From Vulcanimicrobiota bacterium (lineage in GTDB: Bacteria > Vulcanimicrobiota > Vulcanimicrobiia > Vulcanimicrobiales > Vulcanimicrobiaceae): a DNA stretch of 64,000 nt. Made by a program: the position numbers and the translations under genes. The notes under the pieces are model-generated. The model was not told the DNA's origin. It saw only the letters and a program-made list of their open reading frames with translations, and searched no databases. The stretch lies in assembly GCA_963746455.1 (NCBI GenBank), contig CAVVBA010000004.1, positions 60,631 through 124,630 on the forward strand. The letters are read 5' to 3'. Shown one piece after another: positions 1-11,784 of this stretch (position 1 is its first letter; the number at the start of each line of letters is the position of its first letter).

Positions 1-164
1 TTTGGATCGGGACTGCGTGCGGTGATGCGAGTGTCATTGATTTTTCCTTTCTTTTCCTTCGTTCTATCTACGTTTTGGGTTGAGGCATGTTTCGCACGCA
101 GGGCTGAAACATTCGGTCACCTTGGACGGTAAAGGGGAACTCTATACGAGCCGAATGACGCGCA

Positions 165-1440
165 ATGTCTGCTGAAGAGAAAACGCTGCAGTATCTGCAG
201 CGCATCGACGAGCTCGATGCGAAGATCGGCGCCTTTATCTACGTTGATCGTGAGCGTGCGCTCGCGACCGCGCGCGGCCTGGATCGATTGCGCGAAGCCG
301 GGACCGTCCTCAGTCCGCTCCATGGCAAGGTCGTTGCAGTCAAAGATCATCTTGCGGTAACAGGAATGCCGACAGTTGCCGGAAGCGAGATGCCGATCGA
401 CGATCTCGTTCCGCCCGAAGGTCCGTTCGTGCGCAGCTTGCGTGACGCCGGGTGCGTGATCATCGGCAAGACGCGCGCCACCGAGTTCGCGCTCGGCACC
501 TACAATCTCGAGCGGCGCACGCCGTGGAATCCATGCGATCTCGACGTGCACCGCATACCCGGCGGCTCGAGCAACGGTTCTGCGTGCGCGGCCGCCGCCG
601 GCTTCTGCGATTTCGCGATCGGCACCGATACGGGCGGATCCGTTCGTCAGCCGGCGGCGCTTTGCGGACTTGTCGGTTATCGTCCGATCCCGGGCGTGTG
701 GTCGATCGGAGGCGTCTTTCCGCTCTCGCCGCTGCTGGATACGATCGGACCTTTGACGCGCAGCGCCCGTGAAACGGTGCAGATATTTGAAACGCTCACT
801 TCAGAGCCGCCTACCCGAAGTACGCATCGATCGTCTGCGATTCGGACGACCGTCGCGCGTCTTCTTTGACGATCTCGATCCCGATGTGGAGCGCAGCACG
901 AACGAGGCGATCGCCCGCCTCGAGCGCGCGGGCGTGCAGATCGATGCCGTCGATCTCCCGGAGCTCGATCTGGTCGATCCGGTCTTCGCGAAACTAATAA
1001 CCGCCGATCTCGTCGCGACGCTTGGGCGCGAACGCGTTGAAAAGCATCTCAACGTCCTCGATTCCGTCGTGCGCCAACGGATCGCGGGCGGTCTCGAAAT
1101 CACGGCCAGCGACTACGTTACGATGGTCCGCCGCTGTGCGTCGCTCGTCGCGGCTGCGGCAGAGCGGATGCGCGGTTTCGATGCGTGGATCACCCCGACC
1201 AGCCCGACAATTCCTTTACCAGTTGCCGAGTGCAAGACGCTCGACGCCGCCACCGCGTGGAATCGGCGCACCTTACGCAACACGCGGCCGGGCAACGTCT
1301 TCGGTCAGTGTGGAATTTCACTGCCGATCGGATCGCTTGGCTCGGCGCTCCCCGTTGGTTTGCAGCTGCTCGGAAGCGGTGGCGATGACGCACGCTTGCT
1401 GGCAATTGCGCTCGCCGTAGAGGATACGTTGCGTCACTAA
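165..1440 (+). CDS. Amidase (amidase-signature family, GatA-like)
   Basis: ORFs 165-869 and 769-1440 join into one ~425-aa protein. Amidase signature GGSSNGSACAAAAGFCDFAIGTDTGGSVRQPAALCG. One frame change near 800-830 as assembled. Confidence 0.85.
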
Positions 1441-1489
1441 TGATGCTTGCTCGCGAGGGTGTACCGTCGAGCGTGCAAAAGGATTCCAC

Positions 1490-1810
1490 ATGAGCGATCA
1501 ATTCATGGACGATCCTATTGCGGAGTTGAGGGACGCCGGCGAAGCCAAACAAGTAGCGGACGCAGTCAATGCGATCACCGCCGACTTGATTCGCAACGCC
1601 GCGAAGTACCCAGCGCAGGTGCGCGATCTCCCGCGATTGGTCACGGCCCTGGAGAAGTCGATCAAGAGTGAGAATTACAAGGACGCTTTGATGCGCGGTC
1701 AGCAGATCGAGAAACACCTCGAGGCCTTTACGCCGGCTGACGAACCCTCACAAGAAGCGAAGCTCGTCCTTCGCCATCGGCTGCTTATTCTCGCAAAGTT
1801 GATGCAGTAG
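1490..1810 (+). CDS. Hypothetical small acidic/helical protein (106 aa)
   Basis: Intact ORF with non-Arg-rich composition, placed tightly between flanking genes. No family recognised. Confidence 0.4.
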   Translation: MSDQFMDDPIAELRDAGEAKQVADAVNAITADLIRNAAKYPAQVRDLPRLVTALEKSIKSENYKDALMRGQQIEKHLEAFTPADEPSQEAKLVLRHRLLILAKLMQ

Positions 1811-1816
1811 CGCACG

Positions 1817-2266
1817 ATGCGTGCCGTCGTCCAACGCGTGACGCGCGCACAAGTGCGCGTCGACGAGGACGTAGTCGGCGCGATCGAGGGCGGGCTGCTG
1901 GTTCTCCTCGGTGTCGGAGTTGACGATAGTGACGACGACGCGGTCAACCTGGCGCGAAAGATTGCGTCGCTGCGGATCTTTCGCGATGACGAGGGCAACA
2001 TGAATCGCGACGTTTCGGAAGCCGGCGGTCGCGTTCTCGTCATCTCGCAGTTCACGCTTCACGGCGACGTGCGCAAAGGCAGGCGTCCATCGTTCATCGC
2101 CGCGGCGCGTCCCGAACAGGCCGGGCCGCTCTACGAGCGGGTCGTCACCGAGCTTCGTTCGCTCGGGCTCGTAACGGCAACGGGACGCTTCGGTGCGACG
2201 ATGGCAGTCGAGCTGGTCAACGACGGTCCGGTCACAATCCTACTCGACACAAAGCGCTTGTTCTGA
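1817..2266 (+). CDS. dtd: D-aminoacyl-tRNA deacylase
   Basis: Intact 149-aa [12 protein letters not shown]-terminus, SQFTLHGD motif and length are typical of Dtd. Confidence 0.9.
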   Translation: MRAVVQRVTRAQVRVDEDVVGAIEGGLLVLLGVGVDDSDDDAVNLARKIASLRIFRDDEGNMNRDVSEAGGRVLVISQFTLHGDVRKGRRPSFIAAARPEQAGPLYERVVTELRSLGLVTATGRFGATMAVELVNDGPVTILLDTKRLF

Positions 2267-2332
2267 GGGGGAAAGGGCAAGACTCGAAAAGGGCGAACGC
2301 CCCCGTCCCACGCGTAATTCGGAGTCTCTGCC

Positions 2333-4384
2333 ATGCCGGAACTTTCACGCCTGAGGGACGTAGCGGTCGTCGGTCCGCACCATAGCGGTAAGACGACCCT
2401 GATTGAAGCGCTGCTCGCACATTGCGGCGCGATTCCACGACGCGGATCGGTTCACGATGGGACAACCATCACCGATTTCGAGCCCGAGTGCATCGGGCAC
2501 GCGCAATCCACGTGCGTCAGCTTCGCCTACACAGCCTGTGGCACCGTCGAGCTCAACTTGATCGACTGCCCGGGCTTCGTTGATTTTTTTGAGGAGACGA
2601 AGCAGGCACTGCTCGCAGCCGACGCCGCGATCGTCGTGCTCGATCCCGATCCGACGCGCATCATGCAGACGCAGTCGCTGATCGACTTCATCGAATCGCG
2701 CAAGATGCCGCATCTTTTCTTGGTCAACAAGATGGACCGTGAAGGCGCGGATTTCATCGGGACGCTCGCTGCGTTGCGCGACTCGTACGGATTGCACGTC
2801 ATCCCCGAGCATCTGCCGATCGGCGCGGGTCCGGAGCTTCAAGGCTACGTCGATCTCGTCGATCAGGTCGCATATGCGTTCGATCCGGAAGGCAAAGAGC
2901 ATCAAGTCGAGATCAACGACGGCGTGCGCGACAACGTGTCGCGCTTCCGGCGCGAGTTGCTCGAGGCGCTCGGCGACTTCGACGATACGCTGCTCGAGGA
3001 GCTGCTCGAAGACAAAGAACCCTCGAAGGAAGAGATCATCAAGGATCTCACCGAGGACGCGAGTCACGATCTCGTCGCACCCGTGCTCGTCGCCGCTGCG
3101 CTGAACGGCACCGGGATGAATGCGCTCGTCGCCGCGATCGAGCGGCTCTTCCCGGCGCCCGATACGCTTCCGCACACGACATCGACGGTCGAGAGATCAA
3201 CGTGCGAGCCGACGGCCCGATCGTTTTGCAAGTCTGCAAGACGACGGTCAATCAGCAGGGCAAACTCTCCGTTGCGCGCGTTTTGACCGGGACGTTGAAA
3301 GCCGATTCGCCGCTCGTCGTTTCATCGCGCGGCAACGCGCAGGTCAGAATGAGCGGCCTGTATCGCCTGCAAGGGAAGAAACAGAACCCCGTGACCGAGG
3401 CCGGTCCGGGCAGCATCGTCGGCATCGCGCGCATGGACGGCGTCGGCACCGGCGACACGCTCGTCTCGCCGGGGACGGACATCGTCATGCCGACCGTCCC
3501 GCTTTCGGATCCGATGTTCGCCGTTGCGGTCAAACCAAAGGAAAAGCTCGACGAAGCCAAGCTCTCGCAATCGCTCGCGCGATTGATCGAAGAAGACCCG
3601 AGCGTTGCGCGTCGGACGCGCAGAGTTCACGAACGAGCTGCAGCTGCTCGGCAGCGGCGAGGTTCACGTCTCGACCGCACTCGAACGTCTGGCGCGCAAA
3701 TACAACCTCAGTCTCGATGCAAGAGAGCCGGCGATCGCCTATCGAACGACGATCACCGGTGGGACGGAAGTGCACGCGCGCTACAAGCATCAAACCGGTG
3801 GACACGGCCAATTTGCCGACATCAAGATTCGTATCGAGCCGCGTCCGCGCGGTAACGGCGTGACGTTCGAAGACAAGATCGTCGGCGGCGTCGTCCCGCG
3901 CAACTTCATCCCCGCGGTTGAAAGAGGCGTTCGCGAAGCTCTCGAGCGCGGCCCGCTCGGCGGATATCCCGTCGTCGACTTGCACGTAACGCTCTACGAC
4001 GGCCAGTATCACGACGTCGATTCGAGCGATCAAGCCTTCCGAACCGCGGGCTCGATGGCGATGCGCGACGGACTTCCGAAGTGCAAGCCCGTCGTGCTCG
4101 AACCGATCGTCCGGCTCGATGCCGAGGTTCCGAATGCGTACGCTTCCAGCGCCCTCTCGCAGGTGACGACGAAACGCGGGCAAGTTCTGGCATTCGAGCC
4201 CTCGGAAAGGACCGGCTTCCATCACATCGCCGCGTTCGTTCCGCAAGCCGAGCTCTCGCACTACATCACGGAGCTGCGCACGATCTCGCAAGGCCTCGGA
4301 ACGTTCCGTTGGAAGCACGATCGCTTTGAGATCGCGCCGCAAAAAGTCGCCGATCAACTGATCGCAGCAGGCGCCGCTAGCTAG
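2333..4384 (+). CDS. Elongation factor G-like translational GTPase (EF-G paralogue)
   Basis: Fragments 2333-3286, 3202-3855 and 3605-4384 join seamlessly. P-loop GPHHSGKTT, G3 DCPGFVDF, G4 NKMD. EF-G domains II-V (GGHGQFADIKIRIEP, YHDVDSS). Frame changes near 3200 and 3605. Confidence 0.8.
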
Positions 4385-4418
4385 GCACAAAACGTCTCCC
4401 TCTAGAGGGGGGACCGCG

Positions 4419-5665
4419 ATGCGTTTAGGACGGCGCGAATTTCTCGTTGGATCCGCGGCGGTTGGTGCCGCGTTTGCACTCCCGGCTCCGATTGCGGCTG
4501 CGGAAAATTGGATCGAGCTGCCGATGGAAAACGGAAAGCGGCCGCTGATGAAATACCCGCAGAAGCGGGTGATGATCGTGCAGTCGAGCCGGCCGGCGAT
4601 TCTCGAGTCGCCGTTCGAAGTGTTCGATCGAAAGCGACATTACGCCGAACGATGCGTTTTTCGTCCGTTGGCACGAGGCCGGATTTCCAACGAGCGTCGA
4701 TGCGACGAGTTTCCGGCTCAATGTCCACGGGTTGGTGAAGAAGCCGTTATCGCTCAGCATCTCGGATCTGCAAACGCAGTTCGAACCGGTCGAAATCGTC
4801 GCCGTCAATCAGTGTTCCGGAAATAGCCGCGGCCTCTTTAGCCCGCGCGTCGCGGGTGGAGAGTGGGCGAACGGCGGGATGGGCAACGCGCGCTGGAAGG
4901 GTGTGCGGCTCGTCGACATCCTCAAGAAAGCCGGCGTCGACGCGGGCGCCAAGCAAGTTTCGCTGCATGGGCTCGATCACGGCGTGCTTCCGGCAACGCC
5001 CCGCTTTCAAAAAGCCTTTGACGTCGATGTCGTGACCGCCAATCCCGACATGCTGGTCGCGTACGAGATGAACGGCGTGCCGCTGCCGCTCCTGAATGGA
5101 TTTCCGGTTCGCCTCGTCGTGCCCGGCTGGTTCGCGACGTATTGGGTGAAGATGCTCTCGGACATTGAGGTCATCGATCACGTCGACGACAACTTTTGGA
5201 TGGCGACGGCCTATCGCATCCCCGATACGCCGAACAACTCCGTGACGCCGGCTCAAACCGGCTACAAGACGATCCCGATCAACAAGATGCGCGTGCGTTC
5301 GTTCGTGACGAACGTTCAGGACGGTAATTTCATTTCCGGTCTCGATAAATCCGATCCGATGTATCCCGTATCGTTACAGCGCCGAGGTTCGCGGGATCGC
5401 GTTCGATGGGGGCAGCGGCATCAAGATGGTCGAGTTCTCCGATGACGGCGGGAAGTCGTGGACAGAAACGAAGCTCGGCCGCGATCTCGGAAAGTACAGC
5501 TTCCGCAGATGGTCGACGCGCTGGACCGCGCGCGCCGGCTCGGGGACGCACACGCTAGCGTGTCGCGCGACCGCGAATAACGGTGAAGTGCAGACCAACG
5601 TTGCGGTTTGGAATCCGGCCGGCTATCTCAAGAACAACATCGAGACCTATGAGGTGACGGTATGA
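4419..5665 (+). CDS. Sulfite-oxidase-family molybdopterin oxidoreductase (SorA-like), Tat-exported
   Basis: Fragments 4419-4826, 4732-5445 and 5426-5665. Twin-arginine leader MRLGRREFLVGSAAVGAAFALPAP. Moco-binding core (VRLVVPGWFATYWVKM) and a C-terminal dimerisation domain. At least 2 frame changes. Confidence 0.75.
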
Positions 5666-5971
5666 TGCGCACGATCGTTCTCGGCGTTGCCGTCGTGCTC
5701 GGCCTCGTCGCAGCCGGTTTCCCCAAGAGTGTGTCCGTGACGCTTCCGCCGTCGAGCATCATGTTCAAGCCGGGGCCGAATCTCGGGATCGTCGCAAGCG
5801 AATTGCCTCGTTTGTCATAACGCTGACTACGTTTATTTTCAGCCGGCGTTGACTCGGGCGCAATGGACCGCTGAGGTCAACAAGATGCGTGCGGCCTACA
5901 AGGCAACGATCGCGGACGACGACGTTCCCAAGATCGTCGACTACTTGATGTCACAGAACGGCAAGACCTAA
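5662..5971 (+). CDS. Small monohaem cytochrome c (SorB-like partner of SorA)
   Basis: ATGA overlap with the SorA stop. Signal-like N-terminus MMRTIVLGVAVVLGLVAAG. After a frame change near 5800 it reads ANCLVCHNADYVYFQP..KIVDYLMSQNGKT, which contains a CxxCH haem motif. Confidence 0.6.
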
Positions 5972-6002
5972 GCCGAAGCCTCCGGAACAGGTAGGTTCCG
6001 GA

Positions 6003-9000
6003 ATGTGGAAGACGGTTAGCCGGCCGACGACGCTGGATCAGGCGCTGCGTGAGCTACGTGATGCGCCTGTTGGAACGCGTCTCATAGCGGGCGGGACCGA
6101 TCTCGTCGTCGAGCAGCAGCGCGGCGTCCGCCCGGCCGAGCACCTCATCGACCTCACCGGGATCTGGGATCTACGCTACGTGCGCCAAGACGGCGATATC
6201 GTTCGGATCGGCGCGCTCGCGACTCACAACGACGTCCTCCGCGAGCTAAATCTTCGTGATGCGTTGTTGCCGCTCGCGCAAGCATGTATAGAGGTAGGCG
6301 CACCGCAGATTCGTGCGCGCGCAACGATCGCCGGGAACGTGGTAACTGCGTCGCCGGCCAACGATACGATCGCGCCGCTAATTGCGCTCGGGGCGGAGAT
6401 CGTTCTTGTCAGCGCTCTCGGGACGCGAACGCTGCCGCTCGAGGAGTTCTATACGGGTTTTCGCGCGACGGCGCTGCGTCCTGACGAGATCGTCCGTGAG
6501 ATTCGCTTTCCGGCACTCGATGTGGAGCGACGCGGAATCTTTCTCAAGCTTGGCTTGCGACGCGCGCAAGCGATCTCCGTCGTCAACCTCGCGATCGTAC
6601 TGCGTTTTGATGGCCTGAAGATAGAAGAAGCGTCGATTGCGCTCGGCTGCGTCGGACCGACGATCGTTCGCGCGCCGGAAGCCGAAGGCGTCTTGACCGG
6701 CAATACGCTCGCGCCTGCCACGATCGAGCACGCAGCGGAGCTTGCGGTCGAAGCGATTGCGCCGATCAGCGATTTGCGCGGCTCTGCCGATTACCGCCGC
6801 CGTACCGTGCGAGCTCTCGTCATGCAAGCGCTCGAGACGCTCAAGGATGGTGCGGAGGCCGACAGCTTTCCGGAAGATCCGGTTTTGCTCGAAACCGAAA
6901 CGCCGGTTCGTGCCGCGCTCGAGTTCGACGGGCTGATCGAAACGACGCTCAACGGTGATCCGTGTACGCTCGAAAACGCGCAACACAAAACGCTGCTCAA
7001 CGCGCTCCGCGATTATGGCTTGATCGGTTCGAAAGAAGGCTGCGCTGAAGGCGAGTGCGGTGCGTGCACGGTGTGGCTCGACGGGCAAGCCGTGATGTCG
7101 TGTCTCGTTCCCGCCGCGCAGGCGCACGGCGCGCACGTCACCACGATCGAAGGCCTGACTACCGGCGAGCGGCTTCATCCGCTGCAGCAAGCCTACATCG
7201 ATCGCGGCTCCGTGCAGTGCGGATTCTGTATTCCCGGCATGCTGATGGCCGGCGCGAAGTTGATGGAAGAGCGCGCGACGCCGACGCGCGACGATGCGCA
7301 GGTCGCGATCAGTGGAAATCTCTGCCGCTGCACGGGCTACCGCAAGATACTCGACGCGATGGACGAGACGATCGTCAAGCTCGAAAAACCGCGCGTCGAC
7401 GCGCTCGAGAAAGTCAACGGGACGGCGATGTATCCGGCCGATCTGATTCAGCCGGACATGCTGCACGCCGCCGCCGTTTTCGCGCATCGCGCGCACGCAC
7501 GCATCCTGCGTATCGATGCGTCGGCCGCGCTGGCGCGCGCGGGCGTGCACGCTGTACTGACGGCACAAGACGTTCCGCACAACCGCTTCGGTTTGATCGA
7601 GGCGGATCAGCCGCTCTTGTGCGAGGACATCGTTCACTTCTATGGCGATCGCGTCGCGCTCGTCGTAGCCGATAACGCGGAGATTGCCCGCGAGGCGGCG
7701 GCGCTCGTCACGGTCGAGTACGAGGACCTTCCGCCGCTGACGGATCCGCGCGAAGCGATCGAGCCGGGCGCAAGGCGCGTGCACGCTGATCGCGACAACG
7801 TCTTGCTGCGGCAAAGGATCGTGCACGGTCCGCCGATCGAGGACGCGCTGCAAGCTGCCGACGTCGTCGTGGAAGCCACGTTCACGACGAGCTGGCAAGA
7901 GCACGCCTACCTCCAACCGGATGCGGCAATTGCGTATTGGGAAGACGAGCGTCTCGTCGTTGAGACTGCAGGTCAGTGGCTGCACGAAGACCGGCGGCAG
8001 CTGGCTGTCGCTGTTCTCGCTGCACGAGGACGACGTCATCGTTCGCTACGCCAAGATCGGCGGTGCATTCGGCGGACGTGAAGATCTTTCGATAACGCCG
8101 CTGGTCTGCGCTGGCCGCGTGGAAGTTGAAGCAGCCGGTGGCGATGACGTGGACGCGCGACGAGTCGATCATCGGGCATCACAAGCGGCATCCGTTCCGC
8201 ATCACGACGAAGTGGGGAGCGATGCGCGACGGACGCATCGTCGCCGCCAAGACGTCGATGATCGCCGACGGCGGCGCGTACGCGTCAACCTCGGTCGAAG
8301 TTCTCAAGTGCGGATTGACGTTTGCGACGGGTCCGTATCGCGTCGAGAGCGTCGAAACCGACGCGTGCGTTACGTACACGAACAACATCCCGTGCGGCGC
8401 GTTCCGCGGATTCGGCGCGCCGCAAGCCCACTTTGCAGCCGAGTCGATGGTGACGCGACTCGCGCACGCGCTCGAGATCGATCCGATCGACATGCGCCGC
8501 AAGAACCTTTATCGCGAGGGTGATATCGAGCCGACCGGCGAGCCGCTTCCCGAGGGCGTCAGCGCGCAAGCCGTGTTCGATCGTTGCATCAACGAAGTCG
8601 GCGCGCGCATGGCGCCGTCGCGATCGTACGATGCGCACGTGAAGCGTGGCGTCGGAATCGCGTGCGGCATGAAGAACGTCGGGTATTCGTTTGGGTTTCC
8701 GGATCAGGCGACGGCGACGGTCGAGCTCAACGTTGCGGGTGAGAGTCTTGCGCGGCGGCGTCGGTAGCGATCGGAGCGGCCGAAGTCGGGCAAGGCTCGC
8801 ACATGATCTTGCGCCAGATCGCGGCGAAGGCGCTCAATATCGATTTGAGCTTGATTCGCATGATCGTCGACGACTCGAGTTTGACGCCGAATGCCGGCTC
8901 GGCATCGGCGTCGCGGATGACGCTCTTTGGCGGACGCGCCGTAAAAGACGCGTGCGAAGCGGCGCTGGCGGCGTGGCGTCGTGGCGAGCCGCCGAACGCG

Positions 9001-9681
9001 ACCGTGAAATACCAGCCGGGTGGAACGACGGCGCTCGATCCGCAAACGGGTCAAGGCACGCCGCACTTCGCTTACGGATACGCGGCGCAAGCAGTCGAAG
9101 TCGAAGTCGACACGCGAACCGGCGTGACGCGCGTTTTGCGCGTGATCAGCGTGCACGACGTCGGCCGTGCGATCAATCGTCAGCTCGTCGAAGGTCAGAT
9201 CGAAGGCTGCCTCGCGCAAGCCGTCGGCTATGCGCTCACGGAAAACTTCATCTCGACCGACGGCAAGATCGTTACGCCGCACTTCTCGACGTATCTCTTG
9301 CCGACGGCGCTCGACATGCCCGCCGAAATCTATCCGGTCATTCTCGAGAATCCCGATCCGAACGGACCGTTCGGCGCGCGCGGCGTTGCGGAGATGCCGC
9401 TCATTCCGTTTGCGCCCGCGGTTGCGGCTGCGATTCACGACGCGACCGGCGCATGGGTCAGCGATCTGCCGATGACGCCGGAACGAGTCCTACGCGCGCT
9501 CGACCATCAGGTTCGAGATCTCGATCAAGTTGAGGTCGGGGTCGCGAACGTAAACGGAGCGGATCGGACCTTGGGCGCCGGTCTTGGGAACGGGTCCCAG
9601 CAGAATGGCGATGCCGTTCGAACGCAACGTCTCAATGACGGTATCGAGCGGGACCGAGGTGAGGAAGCAGAGATCACCTGA
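6003..9681 (+). CDS. Xanthine dehydrogenase-family enzyme, single chain: FAD-binding + [2Fe-2S] + molybdopterin domains
   Basis: ORF 6003-8081 reads without a stop through three parts. These are a CoxM-like FAD domain (LIAGGTDLVVEQQRG), a 2Fe-2S domain (CAEGECGACTV, CGFCIPG, CRCTGY) and the start of the Mo subunit. It continues in 8126-8767 and 8803-9681. The family-typical C-terminus (PMTPERVLRAL) lies near 9500. The last ~180 nt of the ORF overlap the convergent VOC gene and are probably not real. Confidence 0.8.
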
Positions 9682-9886
9682 TCCCGCCGTCGCGCGGTCG
9701 GCCTTCGGCTCGAATTCCTTACCGGCGACGTGCAGATTGATTTTCTGCTTGCCGAAGTGTACGGCGGTACGGCCCTCTCCGAACGTCTCGAATTTCATCC
9801 CGAGCACGTCGCAATAAAACTTGCGGGTTGCGTCGACGATCGCGCACCGTGAGCACGAGATGGTCGAGCGAATCGATGACGATCAT
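9490..9886 (-). CDS. VOC/glyoxalase-family protein
   Basis: AAGGAG RBS then ATG at 9886. MIVIDSLDHLVLTVRD..VDATRKFYCDVLGMKFETFGEG continues into ORF 9490-9807. One extra base near 9840. Confidence 0.75.
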
Positions 9887-9895
9887 GGGGCTCCT

Positions 9896-11249
9896 TTAGA
9901 CGAGGGCACGAGCGAGCTCGTTGTGACGCTCGACGAGCGTATCGAGGTCGACACCAAGCGAGGCTTCCGTCGCGTACGCGGATCGTTCCCGCGATCACGC
10001 TGAGATCGACGTTGGGCGTGCGACAAAAGACGAGTGCTGCCAGCGGATCGTGCACGGCGCCTCCCGCGAAGTGGAGCGAATCGAGACGCACGCCGATGAA
10101 GTCCGCGGCCATGTTCGGGGCGAGATAGCCGATGTCGTCGCGGCCGAGCACAGCCGCGCCGCCGCGCGTTGCGAAGCGCAACGCATCGCGCGCGCGAAAG
10201 CGCGCCGGCGCCGTGCACGACGCGTTGCAGAAGCATCGCCTGCCGTGTCTCATCGAGCAGATGCGACGCATCGTTGGAGGCCGAGCCGTCGACGCCGATG
10301 CCGACCCGCATACCGGCTCTGGTGCTGCGCAAGAATCGGCGCGATGCCGGAACCAAGCCGCATGTTCGAGCTCGGACAGTGCGCGACACCGGTTCGCGAC
10401 TGGCCTAAGAATGCGATTTCCTCGTCGTTCATCACGATTCCGTGCGCGTACCAGACGTCGGGCCCAGTCCAGTCCAGGCTGGCGGCGAGCGCAACGGGCC
10501 GTTTCCCAAAGCGTTCGAGACAGTACGTTTCTTCGTCGCGCGTTTCGCACAGATGCGTGTGCAGCGTCAAGCCACGCTCGCGCGCCAGCTGCGGCGCTCT
10601 CGCGCATCAGCTCGGTCGAGACCGAAAACGGCGAGCAGGGCGCGATGACGATGCGCGTCATGGCGAAGCGTGCCGGATCGTGATACGCATCGATCACGCG
10701 GACGCAATCTTGCAGAATGGCGGCTTCGTCTTCGACGAGGTCGTCGGGTGGGAGTCCGCCCTTCGATTGGCCGATCGACATCGATCCGCGCGAGGCGTGA
10801 AAGCGCAGGCCCATCTGGCGCGCGACGTCGATTTGATCGTCGACGCGCGCACCGTTCTTCCAGATGTAGCCGTGATCTGCGGCGGTCGTGCAGCCCGAAA
10901 GCATCAGCTCGGCGATCGCGATGGCGGTTGCCGAGCGGACGCCGTCCGGCGTGATGCGAGCCCAGATCGGATAGTGCGCGACCAGCCATGGAAAGAGCGG
11001 CGCGTCTTGTGCGATCGGGAGATTGCGCGTCAGCGTCTGGAAGAAGTGATGATGAGTATTGACCAGGCCCGGCAGAACGACCATCCCGCTCGCATCGATC
11101 GTCACGTCGGCGTTCGGCGGCAAACCGTCGCTCGGACCGACGTACTCGATCACGCCGTCGCGCACAAAGATTCCGCCGTCCTCGAACGTCCGATCGGCAT
11201 CGTCGAAAGTCGCGAGAAGGCGCGCATTGCGCAGGAGAAGCGTCGTCAT
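9896..11249 (-). CDS. 8-oxoguanine deaminase-like amidohydrolase (guanine/chlorohydrolase superfamily)
   Basis: N-terminus MTTLLLRNARLLATFDD..LPGLVNTHHHFFQTLTR lies within ORF 9795-11846. It continues in 10250-10570 (LHTHLCETRDEE, AHCPSSNMRLGSG), then 9883-10389 (GIGVDGSASND), and back. At least 3 frame changes. Confidence 0.75.
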
Positions 11250-11279
11250 AGCGAAGATGGGCCGGATGCGGAACGTGCG

Positions 11280-11784
11280 ATGACGATCGCCGATCTCAAT
11301 GCGGCCGAGCGGGCTTCGTTCGTCGCGGCAGTCGGCTTCGCTTTCGAGGGCTCGCCGTGGATCGCGGAGCTCGCGTCGGAGCGGCGGCCGTTCTGCCGAT
11401 CTCGACGCGCTGACGGCGTGCATGAATGCGATCGTTGCCGAGAGTCCGCTCGAGCGGCGCGTCGCACTGATCGCGGCGCATCCCGATTTGGCGGGCGGTC
11501 GCGCGCGAAGGGCGGCTGACGCGCGGCGTCGACCGGCGAACAGGCCTCTGCGGGTCTCGATCGGCTCACGCCTGACGGAGATCGCGCGGTTCGATACGCT
11601 GAATGCTGCGTATCGCGCGCGTTTCGGATTCCCGTTCGTCATCTGCGTGCGCGAGCACACGAAGAGCTCGATTCTCGAAGCGCTCGAGCAGCGCGCGCGC
11701 AACGATCGCGATACGGAGATCGCGACCGCTCTGCGCGAGATCGGCAAGATCGCACGTTTGCGCCTGGGCGGCGTGATCGACTGA
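11280..11784 (+). CDS. uraD: OHCU decarboxylase (2-oxo-4-hydroxy-4-carboxy-5-ureidoimidazoline decarboxylase)
   Basis: MTIADLNAAERASFVAAVGFAFEGSPWIAE joins ORF 11299-11784 (IAAHPDLAG, RFGFPFVICVREH). Frame changes near 11390 and 11500. The stop overlaps the next start (TGATG). Confidence 0.75.

Noticed and set aside
6378-8039. Long antisense ORFs (6378-8039 minus, 553 aa; likewise 22034-23773 minus 579 aa, 20241-21467 minus 408 aa, 42665-43960 plus-strand fragments, and many 60-300 aa ORFs)
   Set aside because: They are Arg/Ala/Pro-rich with low complexity. They lie exactly opposite genes with strong family motifs and carry no motifs of their own. These are typical shadow ORFs of GC-rich DNA.
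9500-9681. C-terminal ~60-codon extension of the xanthine dehydrogenase ORF overlapping the VOC gene
   Set aside because: The family-typical C-terminus ends near 9500. The extension has no similarity to the family and runs antisense through a well-supported gene, so it is probably read-through from a lost stop or a local indel.
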